The notes under the pieces were generated by a model. It made no database searches, was not told the DNA's origin, and saw only the letters and a program-made list of their open reading frames with translations. Below, in pieces: positions 1-9,208 of a DNA stretch of 61,416 nucleotides. The position numbers were made by a program, and so were the translations under genes. Each line of letters opens with the position of its first letter. The first letter of the stretch is position 1. The DNA lies in the NCBI GenBank assembly GCA_964491115.1, contig CAZBEW010000004.1:1-61416 (forward strand). The letters run 5' to 3'. The DNA is from an uncultured Pseudomonadales bacterium (lineage in GTDB: Bacteria > Patescibacteriota > Microgenomatia > UBA1400 > PJMF01).

Positions 1-249
1 ATCATCTTCCTGCTTGTTTTAATACAATTAGTTAGCACCGTGGCCACCTTAACCAAAAATATTGCTTATGGCCAACAAATTGAATTACTGAAGAAAGAAG
101 AAGCCAGTTTAATATCTCAAGAGAGTGTGCTAAATCAAGCTATTGCTCAAGAAATATCCATTCAACAATTAGCCGATGATCCAAGCTTTGAAGATACCAC
201 TAATTACCTTGTGCTCAAAGTAAAAGACAATGCGCTAGCACTGCGCTAA
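1..249 (+). CDS. FtsL-like small cell-division protein (5' end outside window)
   Basis: Frame is open from base 1 (IIFLLVLIQLVSTV, hydrophobic), followed by a short coiled-coil. Lies directly upstream of a class B PBP, the usual ftsL position. Positional call. Confidence 0.5.
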   Translation: MIFLLVLIQLVSTVATLTKNIAYGQQIELLKKEEASLISQESVLNQAIAQEISIQQLADDPSFEDTTNYLVLKVKDNALALR

Positions 250-256
250 ACAAATC

Positions 257-2014
257 ATGGCTGAAGAATTTAGTTTTTCCAGAAAGAAAGTATTTTTAAG
301 CTTTATTGCCTTGGCAGTCATCTTGATTATAGTTAGGCTGTTTTATTGGCAAGTGATACGTGGTGATGAATTAAGAAATCTGAGCGAAAAACAGGCAATT
401 CGTAACAAAAGCCATGAGGGCTTGCGGGGCCAAATTTTTACCAGCGATGGTTATCTTTTAGTCGGCAATCAAGAAGTCTTTGATTTAAAACTCGATCGAC
501 AAAATTTTACAGGCGATGTTGAGCAATTAAGCCAACAATTAGCCAGTATTATTGCCCAAGAGAATTGGCAATTCCAAGATGCTTCAGATAGTGCCAGTCG
601 CTTGCTCGTTCAACAGCAAATTGAAAGTAATTTGATCAATAAATTTTCTAGCCAAGCAAATTGGCCACAATTAGCTAGTCAACTTAGTTTAAAAGCCAAA
701 GAAGAAATTTTAGCTCTGAATAATCCCCATTTAGCTTTTGATAGTAGTTCAGCTCGTTTTTATCCAGAAGCGTCTATGGCCGCTCATATTACTGGTTTTG
801 TTGGCCGTGATGAAGATGGCCAAGAAATTGGTCGTTATGGTATCGAAGGAGCTCTCGAAGATGAATTAAAAGCCAGAAAAGAAAGCGGCTGGTTTCGTAC
901 CGACGCTTTTGGTGCTTTGTTGGCAGGTTCTAATTATCAATTGAAAAACCTTAATGGCCGTGATGTAACCTTAACTATTCGTCGAGACATCCAACATATT
1001 GCTGAAACTAATTTAGCTTGGGGAATTGAGCAATATGCTGCTGATCGAGGAGAGATCATTATTCTCGATAGTCAAACTGCTGAAATTGTCGCTCTTGCCA
1101 CTTGGCCAAACTACCAACAGTGGCAATATTATAAATATCCAGCCGAAATCCTCAAAAACCCCAGCTTAACGCGACTTTATGAACCTGGCTCAACTTTTAA
1201 GGTCTTAACTGTTTCTAGTGCCATTGATGCCAAGCTGATTAATCCCAACACCGTCTGTACTCGTTGCGCTAGTCCCAGACAATTTGGTAATTATACGATT
1301 AGAACCTGGAATGACGTCTATCATCCCAATATTACTATGACTGAAGCTCTAGAAAAGTCTGATAACGTTGCCATGATTTTTGTGGCAGAAATGTTGGGGC
1401 AAGAAAGATTTGCTGAATATTTAAAAAAATTTGGTATTGGTCAGAGTTTAAAACTAGATTTGCAAGATGACAGTAGCACTTACTTTCCACAAAAAATTGG
1501 CCCAGTTGAACTGGCCACCATTAGTTTTGGTCAGGGTATTAGCACTAATAGCTTACAACTCATCCGAGCTATTAATGCCATTGCCAATAAAGGCAAACTA
1601 CTCGAACCAATGATTATTGAGAAAGTTTATGATCATCAACTAGCTGAAGAAATATCGGTTGAGCAAAAAAAAGCTCAACAAGTTATTAGTCAAGAAACAG
1701 CCGCATTAGTCAGCGAAATGATGGTGGCTGCCGCTGCCCATGGTGAAGCTCAATGGATTGCTTCTAAGCGCTACACTGTGGCTGCCAAAACCGGCACTTC
1801 TCAAGTCCCTGATCCCCAAGGTGGATATAAAAGTGATGAGACAATTGCCAGTTTTATCGGTTTTGCTCCTGCGGAGAATCCTCGCTTTACCATGCTGATC
1901 AAATTAGAAAATCCCAAATCCAGTCCCTGGGCTGCTGAAACAGCTGCCCCTCTTTGGTATCGAGTTGCTGACAAACTCATGCTCTTGTTTAATATTGCTC
2001 CAAATGTGGATTAG
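257..2014 (+). CDS. ftsI: Class B penicillin-binding protein (FtsI/PBP2-type transpeptidase)
   Basis: N-terminal TM, PBP dimer region, catalytic motifs EPGSTFK (SxxK), KSDN (SxN), KTGT (KTG). Confidence 0.9.
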   Translation: MAEEFSFSRKKVFLSFIALAVILIIVRLFYWQVIRGDELRNLSEKQAIRNKSHEGLRGQIFTSDGYLLVGNQEVFDLKLDRQNFTGDVEQLSQQLASIIAQENWQFQDASDSASRLLVQQQIESNLINKFSSQANWPQLASQLSLKAKEEILALNNPHLAFDSSSARFYPEASMAAHITGFVGRDEDGQEIGRYGIEGALEDELKARKESGWFRTDAFGALLAGSNYQLKNLNGRDVTLTIRRDIQHIAETNLAWGIEQYAADRGEIIILDSQTAEIVALATWPNYQQWQYYKYPAEILKNPSLTRLYEPGSTFKVLTVSSAIDAKLINPNTVCTRCASPRQFGNYTIRTWNDVYHPNITMTEALEKSDNVAMIFVAEMLGQERFAEYLKKFGIGQSLKLDLQDDSSTYFPQKIGPVELATISFGQGISTNSLQLIRAINAIANKGKLLEPMIIEKVYDHQLAEEISVEQKKAQQVISQETAALVSEMMVAAAAHGEAQWIASKRYTVAAKTGTSQVPDPQGGYKSDETIASFIGFAPAENPRFTMLIKLENPKSSPWAAETAAPLWYRVADKLMLLFNIAPNVD

Positions 2015-2020
2015 TTGCTT

Positions 2021-2041
2021 GTTGAGTAAACTAGACTCAAC
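2021..2041. terminator. Hairpin between convergent pbp and parB
   Basis: GTTGAGT/ACTCAAC 7-bp stem with 7-nt loop, no strong U-tract. Confidence 0.3.
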
Positions 2042-2085
2042 TATTAAATTTAGCAAAAGCTCAAGCTAAAAAATCGCTCAGTTTG

Positions 2086-2907
2086 CTATTTAGCGATATT
2101 CATTAATTTTTCCAGATCAAGTTGAGTTTTATCTGGCGAGCCCTTGAGAGTAATGGTAACTTTAGTCTGTTTTCGTGAACGCACCACTTTCAGAGTGGCA
2201 TTATTTTTAAAATAAGTTTGCAACTTGTCTTCCCAGCGAGCCACTTGTTCTTCATCTTGAGCTAAAGGACGCCCTCGTCCATCATCATATTTTTGTGTGG
2301 CTTGATCTTGACCAGCTTTAATTCGTCTAACTAATTCTTCTGTTCTTCTAACTGAAGCATTTTCCTTTAAGACCTGCTTATAACAAGCAATCATCAAAGC
2401 TGGATTTTTTAAACTCACTAAAGAGCGAGCATGACCCTCAGTGATTTGCTGACTTAACAGGCCATCATTAATCGCATCTGGCAAATCTAATAACCTAATC
2501 GTATTGCTAATATAGGAAGAAGATTTACCAATTCTTTGAGCCATCTCACCAATGGACAAGCCAAATTCTCGACTTAATCTAGCAAATGATTGGGCTCTTT
2601 CAATCGGGTTGAGATCAGTGCGCTGCACATTCTCCACAATGGCCATTTCTAACATACCTTGGGGACTAGTTTTTTTCACGTAAACTGGTAATTCCTCAAT
2701 ACCCAAGACCTTAGCTGCTCGCCAGCGTCTTTCACCAGCAATAATTTGATAACCAGCCGGAGTTTCTGCTACAACTAGAGGTTCTAGGACACCATGAATC
2801 CGAATTGATTCAATTAAATCCATTAAATCTTCTTTTTTAACTTTTTCTCTAGGTTGAAAAGGATTAGCTTGTAAATGACTGGCGGGAATTTTTTTGATAT
2901 CTGTCAT
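2086..2907 (-). CDS. parB: ParB/Spo0J chromosome partitioning protein
   Basis: NPFQPR, HGVLEPLVV, IIAGERRWRAA, IVENVQRTDLNPIE and HTH (LRLLDLP...ITEGHAR). No parA adjacent. Confidence 0.95.
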   Translation of the reverse strand: MTDIKKIPASHLQANPFQPREKVKKEDLMDLIESIRIHGVLEPLVVAETPAGYQIIAGERRWRAAKVLGIEELPVYVKKTSPQGMLEMAIVENVQRTDLNPIERAQSFARLSREFGLSIGEMAQRIGKSSSYISNTIRLLDLPDAINDGLLSQQITEGHARSLVSLKNPALMIACYKQVLKENASVRRTEELVRRIKAGQDQATQKYDDGRGRPLAQDEEQVARWEDKLQTYFKNNATLKVVRSRKQTKVTITLKGSPDKTQLDLEKLMNIAK

Positions 2908-3019
2908 ACTCTATATATAACACAGTATATCAATTTTGCCTAGAGTTTGTTTCACAGTTTTCACAAAGACAATAAATCCACTAACACGTGAAAATTACCA
3001 GAGGAAAAAGCGAAAAAAA

Positions 3020-3280
3020 TTACTTTTTAGGTAAGACTCGAACTACAGTTTTGCCCCAACGCTTGGTGAAATTAACTGCACCATCAATCATGGCAAAAAC
3101 TGTGTAATCTTTACCCATTTTGGCACCTTGACCAGCCTTATATTTTGCGCCTTTTTGTCGCAAAATTATTTGACCAACTTTAATATCTTGACCACCAAAT
3201 TTTTTTAAACCAAAACGACGACCTGGTCTTGAACCTTGTGCGTGTTGTGTAACGCTACCTGAACCTTTAACGTGTGCCAT
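3020..3280 (-). CDS. rpmA: 50S ribosomal protein L27
   Basis: MAH start, GLKKFGGQ, GQIILRQKG, MGKDYTVFA. Confidence 0.93.
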   Translation of the reverse strand: MAHVKGSGSVTQHAQGSRPGRRFGLKKFGGQDIKVGQIILRQKGAKYKAGQGAKMGKDYTVFAMIDGAVNFTKRWGKTVVRVLPKK

Positions 3281-3288
3281 ATTTCCCT

Positions 3289-4470
3289 TTATTTAAAATT
3301 AAAAAAATAAACTTCGCGCTGAACCCTAGCTCCTTGTCGAGCATAGAGTAGAGGTGAAACTACAAGATTGTAGCCTTTTGCACTTAATTTGTCAATTAAA
3401 TGATCTAGAGAAAAAACCCGATGCTTAGTGACAACTTTAGGAAAAATTATCGCGATTTTGGCACCAGGATTAAGAATTTTACTAAAATTATTAAAAGCCC
3501 CTAAATACAATTTAGTCAAACCTTTAAAAATATTAGCTAATTCTTCTTCTTTAGGCGTCTGTCTACCTAAAAATGGTTCGGTCACCAATAGATCGAACTT
3601 TTCCCCAATTTTTTCAGGATTGAGTTGGCCCACATCAGCTAAAAATATTTGTTCCGCAAAATTTTGCCTTGGCAAATTATATTCATTGCTAAACCAGTCT
3701 AAATTTTGTCTGCTTCCCCAGACTGCTTGTTCATCTAAATCTGCTCCATAAACCTGATGACCAAGATTTAAAGCCTCTATTAGAATTGTGCCCGTGCCAC
3801 AAAATGGATCAAGAAGTTTAATTTTTGTGGCTGACTGATTGGCTTGCTCAGCTAAATATAAGCCACTAGCAATGTTAACCAGCATACGAGCTACTTTTGG
3901 TGGCAACATGCCCTTCTTTCGATCAAAATAAGGCTTTGAGCGATCGCGCTTAGTCCAATCATCAATATCTTGCACAGCGACTAAATAACTAAGATAGATA
4001 GCACCCTCATCATGGTAAAGGAAAATTTCTTGGCTTGCTTCTTGGTGCAGAGCAAAAGCACCACCTTCAAATGAGCCTTTGAAATAACGAGAGCGATAGC
4101 CCTTTTCTTTCAACAAGTCTTTAATTTGGGCATGATTAATGGCTTTTTGCCCTTTGCCTTTTTGATAAATACTAAAATAAGGTTGATTACTCTTGCTAAT
4201 TAAGCAATCAACTACGGCATTTTTTAAGCTGGTTAAGTCACTAGACTTGCTTAAAACTCCTTCTAGCTGAAAAATTTTTACTAAGCCACCGAGTTTGTTG
4301 ATGAAGTCGGCTTTTTTAAATTCTTCTTCAGTCATCTCTGCTACAGCCAAACGATTAGCCAGTTCACCCTCAGCACTCAGTACTTGAGCATTTAATTGAG
4401 GATAGACACTGTTTAACTCCAACAATGATAGCTGAGGAGTATTACCAAACAAAAATAAGAATTTGGACAT
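3289..4470 (-). CDS. Trm11/UPF0020-like SAM-dependent RNA methyltransferase
   Basis: GMLPPKVARMLVN, LLDPFCGTGTILIEA (motif I), VTEPFLG (DPPY-like motif IV). Confidence 0.75.
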   Translation of the reverse strand: MSKFLFLFGNTPQLSLLELNSVYPQLNAQVLSAEGELANRLAVAEMTEEEFKKADFINKLGGLVKIFQLEGVLSKSSDLTSLKNAVVDCLISKSNQPYFSIYQKGKGQKAINHAQIKDLLKEKGYRSRYFKGSFEGGAFALHQEASQEIFLYHDEGAIYLSYLVAVQDIDDWTKRDRSKPYFDRKKGMLPPKVARMLVNIASGLYLAEQANQSATKIKLLDPFCGTGTILIEALNLGHQVYGADLDEQAVWGSRQNLDWFSNEYNLPRQNFAEQIFLADVGQLNPEKIGEKFDLLVTEPFLGRQTPKEEELANIFKGLTKLYLGAFNNFSKILNPGAKIAIIFPKVVTKHRVFSLDHLIDKLSAKGYNLVVSPLLYARQGARVQREVYFFNFK

Positions 4471-4475
4471 AGGTC

Positions 4476-4787
4476 CTAAGTAATTTGCAAAATTTTAACC
4501 AAGCTTTGTAGCTGACGATGACCTTGGACTTTTCGATGACGAGATTTAGCCTTATATTTGGCTACTCGAATTTTTTCGCCCTTATTGTTTGCCATAACTT
4601 CACAATCAACCTTAGCTGATTTAACAATGGGTTGGCCAATTTTTCGATTATCACCATCAACGAGTAATAAGACATCGCTTACCGAAAATTTTTCGCCTTC
4701 TGCCTTATCTAGTCGATCAACAGTAATTTGATCACCTTCACTCACTTGGAATTGTTTGCCTTGTAATTGAATAATAGCGTATTTCAT
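4476..4787 (-). CDS. rplU: 50S ribosomal protein L21
   Basis: MKYAIIQLQGKQFQVSEGD, KYKAKSRHRKVQGHRQ. Confidence 0.96.
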   Translation of the reverse strand: MKYAIIQLQGKQFQVSEGDQITVDRLDKAEGEKFSVSDVLLLVDGDNRKIGQPIVKSAKVDCEVMANNKGEKIRVAKYKAKSRHRKVQGHRQLQSLVKILQIT

Positions 4788-4798
4788 AACGAATTGTG

Positions 4799-4807
4799 AT
4801 TATAACA
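4799..4807 (-). promoter_or_regulatory. Extended -10 promoter of rplU operon
   Basis: TGtTATAAT on the minus strand, 11 nt before the rplU ATG. Confidence 0.55.
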
Positions 4808-4817
4808 TATACTAAAA

Positions 4818-5933
4818 CTATTGAAAGATTGAGCTTGCTAGCTTTTCTTCTTCTTCGACAATGTTTTGCAGCGGCGCTAAAGAAAAAAATAAGGATAAAA
4901 TGCTACTACCACCATAAGATAAAAAGGGCAGGGTAATACCAGTGATTGGTAAAATAGCTAAATTCATGCCAATATTAATAAAAATTTGCACCAAGAACAT
5001 GCTAAAAACTGTCAACAAATATAATTGTTTGGCCCGATTCTCCTCATGATAAGTGAGATATAAAATAAAACCTAATAAAGAAAAATATAAACCCAAGATT
5101 AGTAAAGAGCCTAAAAAACCCCATTCTTCAACAAATGAGGCAAAAATAAAATCAGTCTGCCTTTCTGGTAAAAATTTTAAATGAGATTGCGTCCCTTGAC
5201 CCAAACCCTGACCCCAAAGCTGCCCAGCGCCCACAGCAATTACTGACTGACGCGCATTATAAGCGGCACTAGTTTCTTGAGTAAAATCACTGCTAAGGCT
5301 TTTTTCAGGACTATTAAAAAATAAAAAACTGCTTAATCGGGATTTCTGATAATCAGCTAAGACAAAGAACCACACAACAGCTAGCAAGAAGATAGATAAA
5401 CCAACAAAAATAGCAATTTTTTTCCAACCGATAGGATTATAAAAAATAAAAACTGATAGGGCTAATAAGAAAACCATTGCTGTCCCAAAATCTGGCTGGA
5501 AATTAATCAATAAAGCAGGCAAGAGAATGATTAGCAAGATTTTTATTGTTTCAGGCCAGGAGAGTTGTTTTTCTTTACTTTTCTGACTTTGCTTTTTAAA
5601 AAAACTGGATAAATATAAAGCGGTAATTGGCACGGCTAATTGTGATGGTTGAAAGCGCAAACCAAAGGGTAAGTTAATCCAAGCAACTATACCCCTAGTT
5701 GTTCGTCCCCAGATTAATAAGCCTAATAAAAGCAAATTAAGTAGCCAATATAAATAGGCACTCGCTCGCCACCAATAGTTGATATTTACTCTTGATAAAA
5801 TAAAAAAAAGTAAAAAACCCAAGACGTAAGCCAACAACTGGACGTTTAATAAATCGGGAGCAATGCTTCTTAAAGTCACCAAAGCAACAATCATTAACAA
5901 GAACAGCACCGTCGTTAAAAAATACTTTCGCAC
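4818..5933 (-). CDS. rodA: SEDS family peptidoglycan polymerase RodA
   Basis: Multi-TM, FQPSQ, QPDFGT, QSVIAVGAGQLWGQG, FLPERQTDFIF, LPFLSYGGSS. A separate ftsW lies in the dcw cluster. Confidence 0.85.
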   Translation of the reverse strand: MRKYFLTTVLFLLMIVALVTLRSIAPDLLNVQLLAYVLGFLLFFILSRVNINYWWRASAYLYWLLNLLLLGLLIWGRTTRGIVAWINLPFGLRFQPSQLAVPITALYLSSFFKKQSQKSKEKQLSWPETIKILLIILLPALLINFQPDFGTAMVFLLALSVFIFYNPIGWKKIAIFVGLSIFLLAVVWFFVLADYQKSRLSSFLFFNSPEKSLSSDFTQETSAAYNARQSVIAVGAGQLWGQGLGQGTQSHLKFLPERQTDFIFASFVEEWGFLGSLLILGLYFSLLGFILYLTYHEENRAKQLYLLTVFSMFLVQIFINIGMNLAILPITGITLPFLSYGGSSILSLFFSLAPLQNIVEEEEKLASSIFQ

Positions 5934-5991
5934 CTCTACAGACTAAAACAAAGTTTCTTTTTTTTCAATGCTGATTAAAGAAAAAGTAATT

Positions 5992-8922
5992 CTACAAGTC
6001 TTGCAAACCTTCAATTTGGGCTCTCACTAATTGACTATTACTTTTCTCTTCAATCATTTTAGTAAACTGATTGGGCCAGGTTCTTAAATAAACCTTGGTT
6101 TTTTCATCGACTGCTAAGTTGGCTTCTTTACGCCAGGTTTGAATTCGCCTAATGATGATTCTGGCTTCACCCTCTGCCTTGAGGTCTTCGTTGAGCTCTA
6201 AATCAAAGTTTGCCTGCATGTCGGCTGTAGTTTCTTGACCCCAGTTAATATCTTTGACATTTAACTCTTGTTTGAGAATCGCTTCTAATTCAGCATTACC
6301 CATAAAACTAGCCGCTTTATTAAAGCTTACCGAAGCTAAAGGTTGACGCAGAGGCATTTTTGCGATTTTTCGCTGAGCATGACCCAACTCCACCAATTGT
6401 CTTAATTCAGCCATCTGTTTTTCTAATTCCAGATCTTGATATGATGGGATAATTTTTGGATAGTCGCATAAATGCACCGATTTATCACTTGTATGTAGTT
6501 GTTGATAAACAATTTCGCTAAAAAAAGGTGTGAGTGGAGCAAATAATTGAGCTGATACATCAAGCACTGTCGCAAAAACCTGAGAGGCTTGGTCACTTTG
6601 ATTACTCTTGAAGCGATCTCTAGATAGTCTCAAATACCAAGTGGAGAAATCATTGATAAAAGGGGCTACTAGTCGAGTCGCGCGCATCACATCGAAATTA
6701 TCTAAATATGTACTTAATTGTTCGCTTAGGCTGCTAAGCCGTGATAATAACCAGCGATCTAAAACATGGTTGATTTTTGTCACTTTTTGTAAATCTACTT
6801 TCTCAAGATTTTTTTGAGCAAAACTTTGATAAAAAGCCAAAATATTCCACCAAATCAAAAATACTCGTCGGCGCAAATCTGCCACTTCTTGTTCAGCAAA
6901 ATTTAAAGTTTCAGCCTTAACTGCAGCTGATGACAATAGATATAGGCGCAAGCTATCGGCTCCATATTTATCAATAATTAACTCTGGCTCTGGATAATTA
7001 TTCAAGCGCTTGCTCATTTTTTTGCCATCACTGGCCATAATTAAACCAGTACACATCACATTGGCAAAAGCACTACTCGCTGTTTTATTAAGACTTGATT
7101 GCTCTTTTTCATTAGCCATAGTTAAAGCTGTAGCCAAAACGTGCAGCGTGTAAAACCAACCTCGAGTTTGATCCTGACCTTCAGCAATAAAATTAGCTGG
7201 AAAATGTTGGTCAAATAAATCTTGATTAGCAAAAGGATAATGAAATTGAGCATAAGGCATAGCTCCAGATTCAAACCAACAATCTAAGACTTCTGGCAAA
7301 TGCTTGAATTCCTTGCCATCTTTTGTAATCACAATCTGATCAACAAACTCTTTGTGTAAATCATCAAGTTTATGTCCAGACAAAGATTCCAATTCCTGAC
7401 TACTGCCAACACAGATTAATTCACCATCTTCACTCTGCCAGAGAGGAAGGGGAGTTCCCCAAAAACGATTGCGTGAAATGGCCCAATCCCTGGCATCAGC
7501 CAACCAATGACCAAAACGACCTTCTTTAATATGTGCTGGTTGCCAATTAATAGCCTGATTATTCTGCAATAATTGCTCTTTAAAAGAACTGACTGCTACA
7601 AACCAGGAACTGGTCGCGTAATTTAATAAAGGCGAATCACAACGCCAGCAATGAGGATAACTATGGGTAAATTGTTTTTTAGCAAATAATAATGATTTTT
7701 TGGCTAAATATTGAATAATTTTAATATCGGTAGCTTGGACTTGGTCTTTCGGTTTTACCTCAAGTCCAGCAAAATCCGTCACTGCTTTAGTAAAGCGCCC
7801 ACTCATATCTACATGTTGAATAAAAAGTTTATTTTTGACTGCAGTATCAAGCTGTGAAAAATGCAATAAGTTTTCTCCAAGTCGGTAATCATCCTCACCA
7901 AAAGCTGGAGCTATATGCACAATACCCGTGCCTTCTTCTAAATTGACAAAATCTCCAGCTTGAATAGTAAAGATTAACTTTCTTGCTTCATCAGGTAAAT
8001 CTGGATCAGTATTCAAATTCATAAAATAAGGGAAAACTGCTTGATATTTAAAGCCAATTAAGTCTTGACCCTTAACAGTTTTAAGAATTTGATAGTCTTG
8101 ATCAGCAAAGACCGCTTCTAGACGTGATTTAGCTAAATAATATTTTTCTGGACGATCAGCGATTTTAACTAAAACATAATCTAGTGTTGGATTAACTGCC
8201 AAAAACATATTACCTGGCAAGGTCCAAGCCGTCGTTGTCCAACTGAGCAAATAGATCTCCTCATCCGTGTCTTCTAATTTGAATTTGACTGTCAGGGCCA
8301 AATCCTTAACATCTTTATAAGCCTGACTAACTTCAAAGTTTGACAGGGGAGTACTGCAATGAGGACAAATGTGCATGGCTTTATGACTTTGATAAATCAA
8401 GCCTTTATCAAAAAGTTCTTTAAACACCCACCAGACACTTTCCATATAGTTTTTATCCATCGTTTTATAGGCATTTTTCATATCAATGAATCGACCGATT
8501 CTATTGATAGTTTTTTCCCAATCCTCAGCATAAGTTAAGACCCTGGCTCGACAGGCTTGGTTGAAATTAGCTACGCCATAATCTTCAATCGCTTGTTTGT
8601 CTTTGAGTTTCAATTCTTGTTCAATTAAGTTTTCAATTGGTAAACCATGACAATCCCAACCCCAAACTCGCCGCACATATTTACCTCTCATCGTTTGATA
8701 ACGAGGGATTGAATCCTTAATCATCGATTGCATTAAATGACCGTAATGAGGTAAGCCGGTGGCAAAAGGAGGCCCATCATAAAAAGAAAAGTTTGCAGCC
8801 CCTTTTCTTTGTTCAAGAGATGATGCGAAGACTTGTTCTTTTTCCCAAAATTCTAGAACTTTTTCCTCTAGTAGAGCTAGGTCTGGTGCTTGTTTATAGT
8901 CTTTAATTTCAAGCTGTTTCAT
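5992..8922 (-). CDS. ileS: Isoleucyl-tRNA synthetase, type 2 (archaeal/eukaryote-like)
   Basis: YDGPPFATGLPHYGH, WDCHGLP, ISRNRFWGTPLP, EGQDQTRGWFY, KMSKR. Start placed at ATG 8922 because the ORF-track TTG 8940 lies in the terminator U-tract. Confidence 0.97.
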   Translation of the reverse strand: MKQLEIKDYKQAPDLALLEEKVLEFWEKEQVFASSLEQRKGAANFSFYDGPPFATGLPHYGHLMQSMIKDSIPRYQTMRGKYVRRVWGWDCHGLPIENLIEQELKLKDKQAIEDYGVANFNQACRARVLTYAEDWEKTINRIGRFIDMKNAYKTMDKNYMESVWWVFKELFDKGLIYQSHKAMHICPHCSTPLSNFEVSQAYKDVKDLALTVKFKLEDTDEEIYLLSWTTTAWTLPGNMFLAVNPTLDYVLVKIADRPEKYYLAKSRLEAVFADQDYQILKTVKGQDLIGFKYQAVFPYFMNLNTDPDLPDEARKLIFTIQAGDFVNLEEGTGIVHIAPAFGEDDYRLGENLLHFSQLDTAVKNKLFIQHVDMSGRFTKAVTDFAGLEVKPKDQVQATDIKIIQYLAKKSLLFAKKQFTHSYPHCWRCDSPLLNYATSSWFVAVSSFKEQLLQNNQAINWQPAHIKEGRFGHWLADARDWAISRNRFWGTPLPLWQSEDGELICVGSSQELESLSGHKLDDLHKEFVDQIVITKDGKEFKHLPEVLDCWFESGAMPYAQFHYPFANQDLFDQHFPANFIAEGQDQTRGWFYTLHVLATALTMANEKEQSSLNKTASSAFANVMCTGLIMASDGKKMSKRLNNYPEPELIIDKYGADSLRLYLLSSAAVKAETLNFAEQEVADLRRRVFLIWWNILAFYQSFAQKNLEKVDLQKVTKINHVLDRWLLSRLSSLSEQLSTYLDNFDVMRATRLVAPFINDFSTWYLRLSRDRFKSNQSDQASQVFATVLDVSAQLFAPLTPFFSEIVYQQLHTSDKSVHLCDYPKIIPSYQDLELEKQMAELRQLVELGHAQRKIAKMPLRQPLASVSFNKAASFMGNAELEAILKQELNVKDINWGQETTADMQANFDLELNEDLKAEGEARIIIRRIQTWRKEANLAVDEKTKVYLRTWPNQFTKMIEEKSNSQLVRAQIEGLQDL

Positions 8923-8938
8923 ATTGCCTTTTTTATAC

Positions 8939-8981
8939 AAAAAAACCTTATTAAATCTCGTTGCTTAACGGATTAATAAGG
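8939..8981 (-). terminator. Intrinsic terminator of the ileS leader
   Basis: CCTTATTAA/TTAATAAGG 9-bp stem (8973-8981 with 8946-8954) followed by 7 U. Confidence 0.85.
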
Positions 8982-9123
8982 CTTGCTAAAAAGCAAAGGT
9001 ACCAGCCCTATCACTACTCAATTTTGACTATTACGCAGTCACTGCGGCTCGTTCTACTTTTTGACACAATGATTTGTCAAATTTCTGCGAGCGCCTCGTC
9101 AGATGATGACTGACTCAAACGGC
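8939..9123 (-). ncRNA. ileS T-box riboswitch (ultrashort Stem I, AUC specifier, transcriptional terminator)
   Basis: Stem I gcc..GA-gtcag[tcATCat]ctgac-GA-ggc 9093-9123; Stem II GCTCG-CAGAAA...AAGTAGAA-CGAGC 9047-9092; IIA/B 9026-9046; T-box AGGGC-TGGTACC 8998-9009; terminator 8939-8981. Confidence 0.88.
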
Positions 9124-9142
9124 TTTATGCTTTAACAAAAAT

Positions 9143-9151
9143 ATTATAACA
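9143..9151 (-). promoter_or_regulatory. Extended -10 promoter of ileS leader
   Basis: TGtTATAAT, 19 nt upstream of Stem I. Confidence 0.7.
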
Positions 9152-9208
9152 GAAAATTGTTTACTAATTCATTTAAAGAAAATCGGGAAGGCTTATTGCT
9201 TTAGATAT

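Noticed and set aside
2946-2995. oriC / DnaA-box cluster upstream of parB
   Set aside because: Only two 8/9 matches to TTWTNCACA, no dnaA or unwinding element; parS half-sites explain it as well.
3428-3751. 107-aa + strand ORF
   Set aside because: Antisense shadow of the methyltransferase; no motifs.
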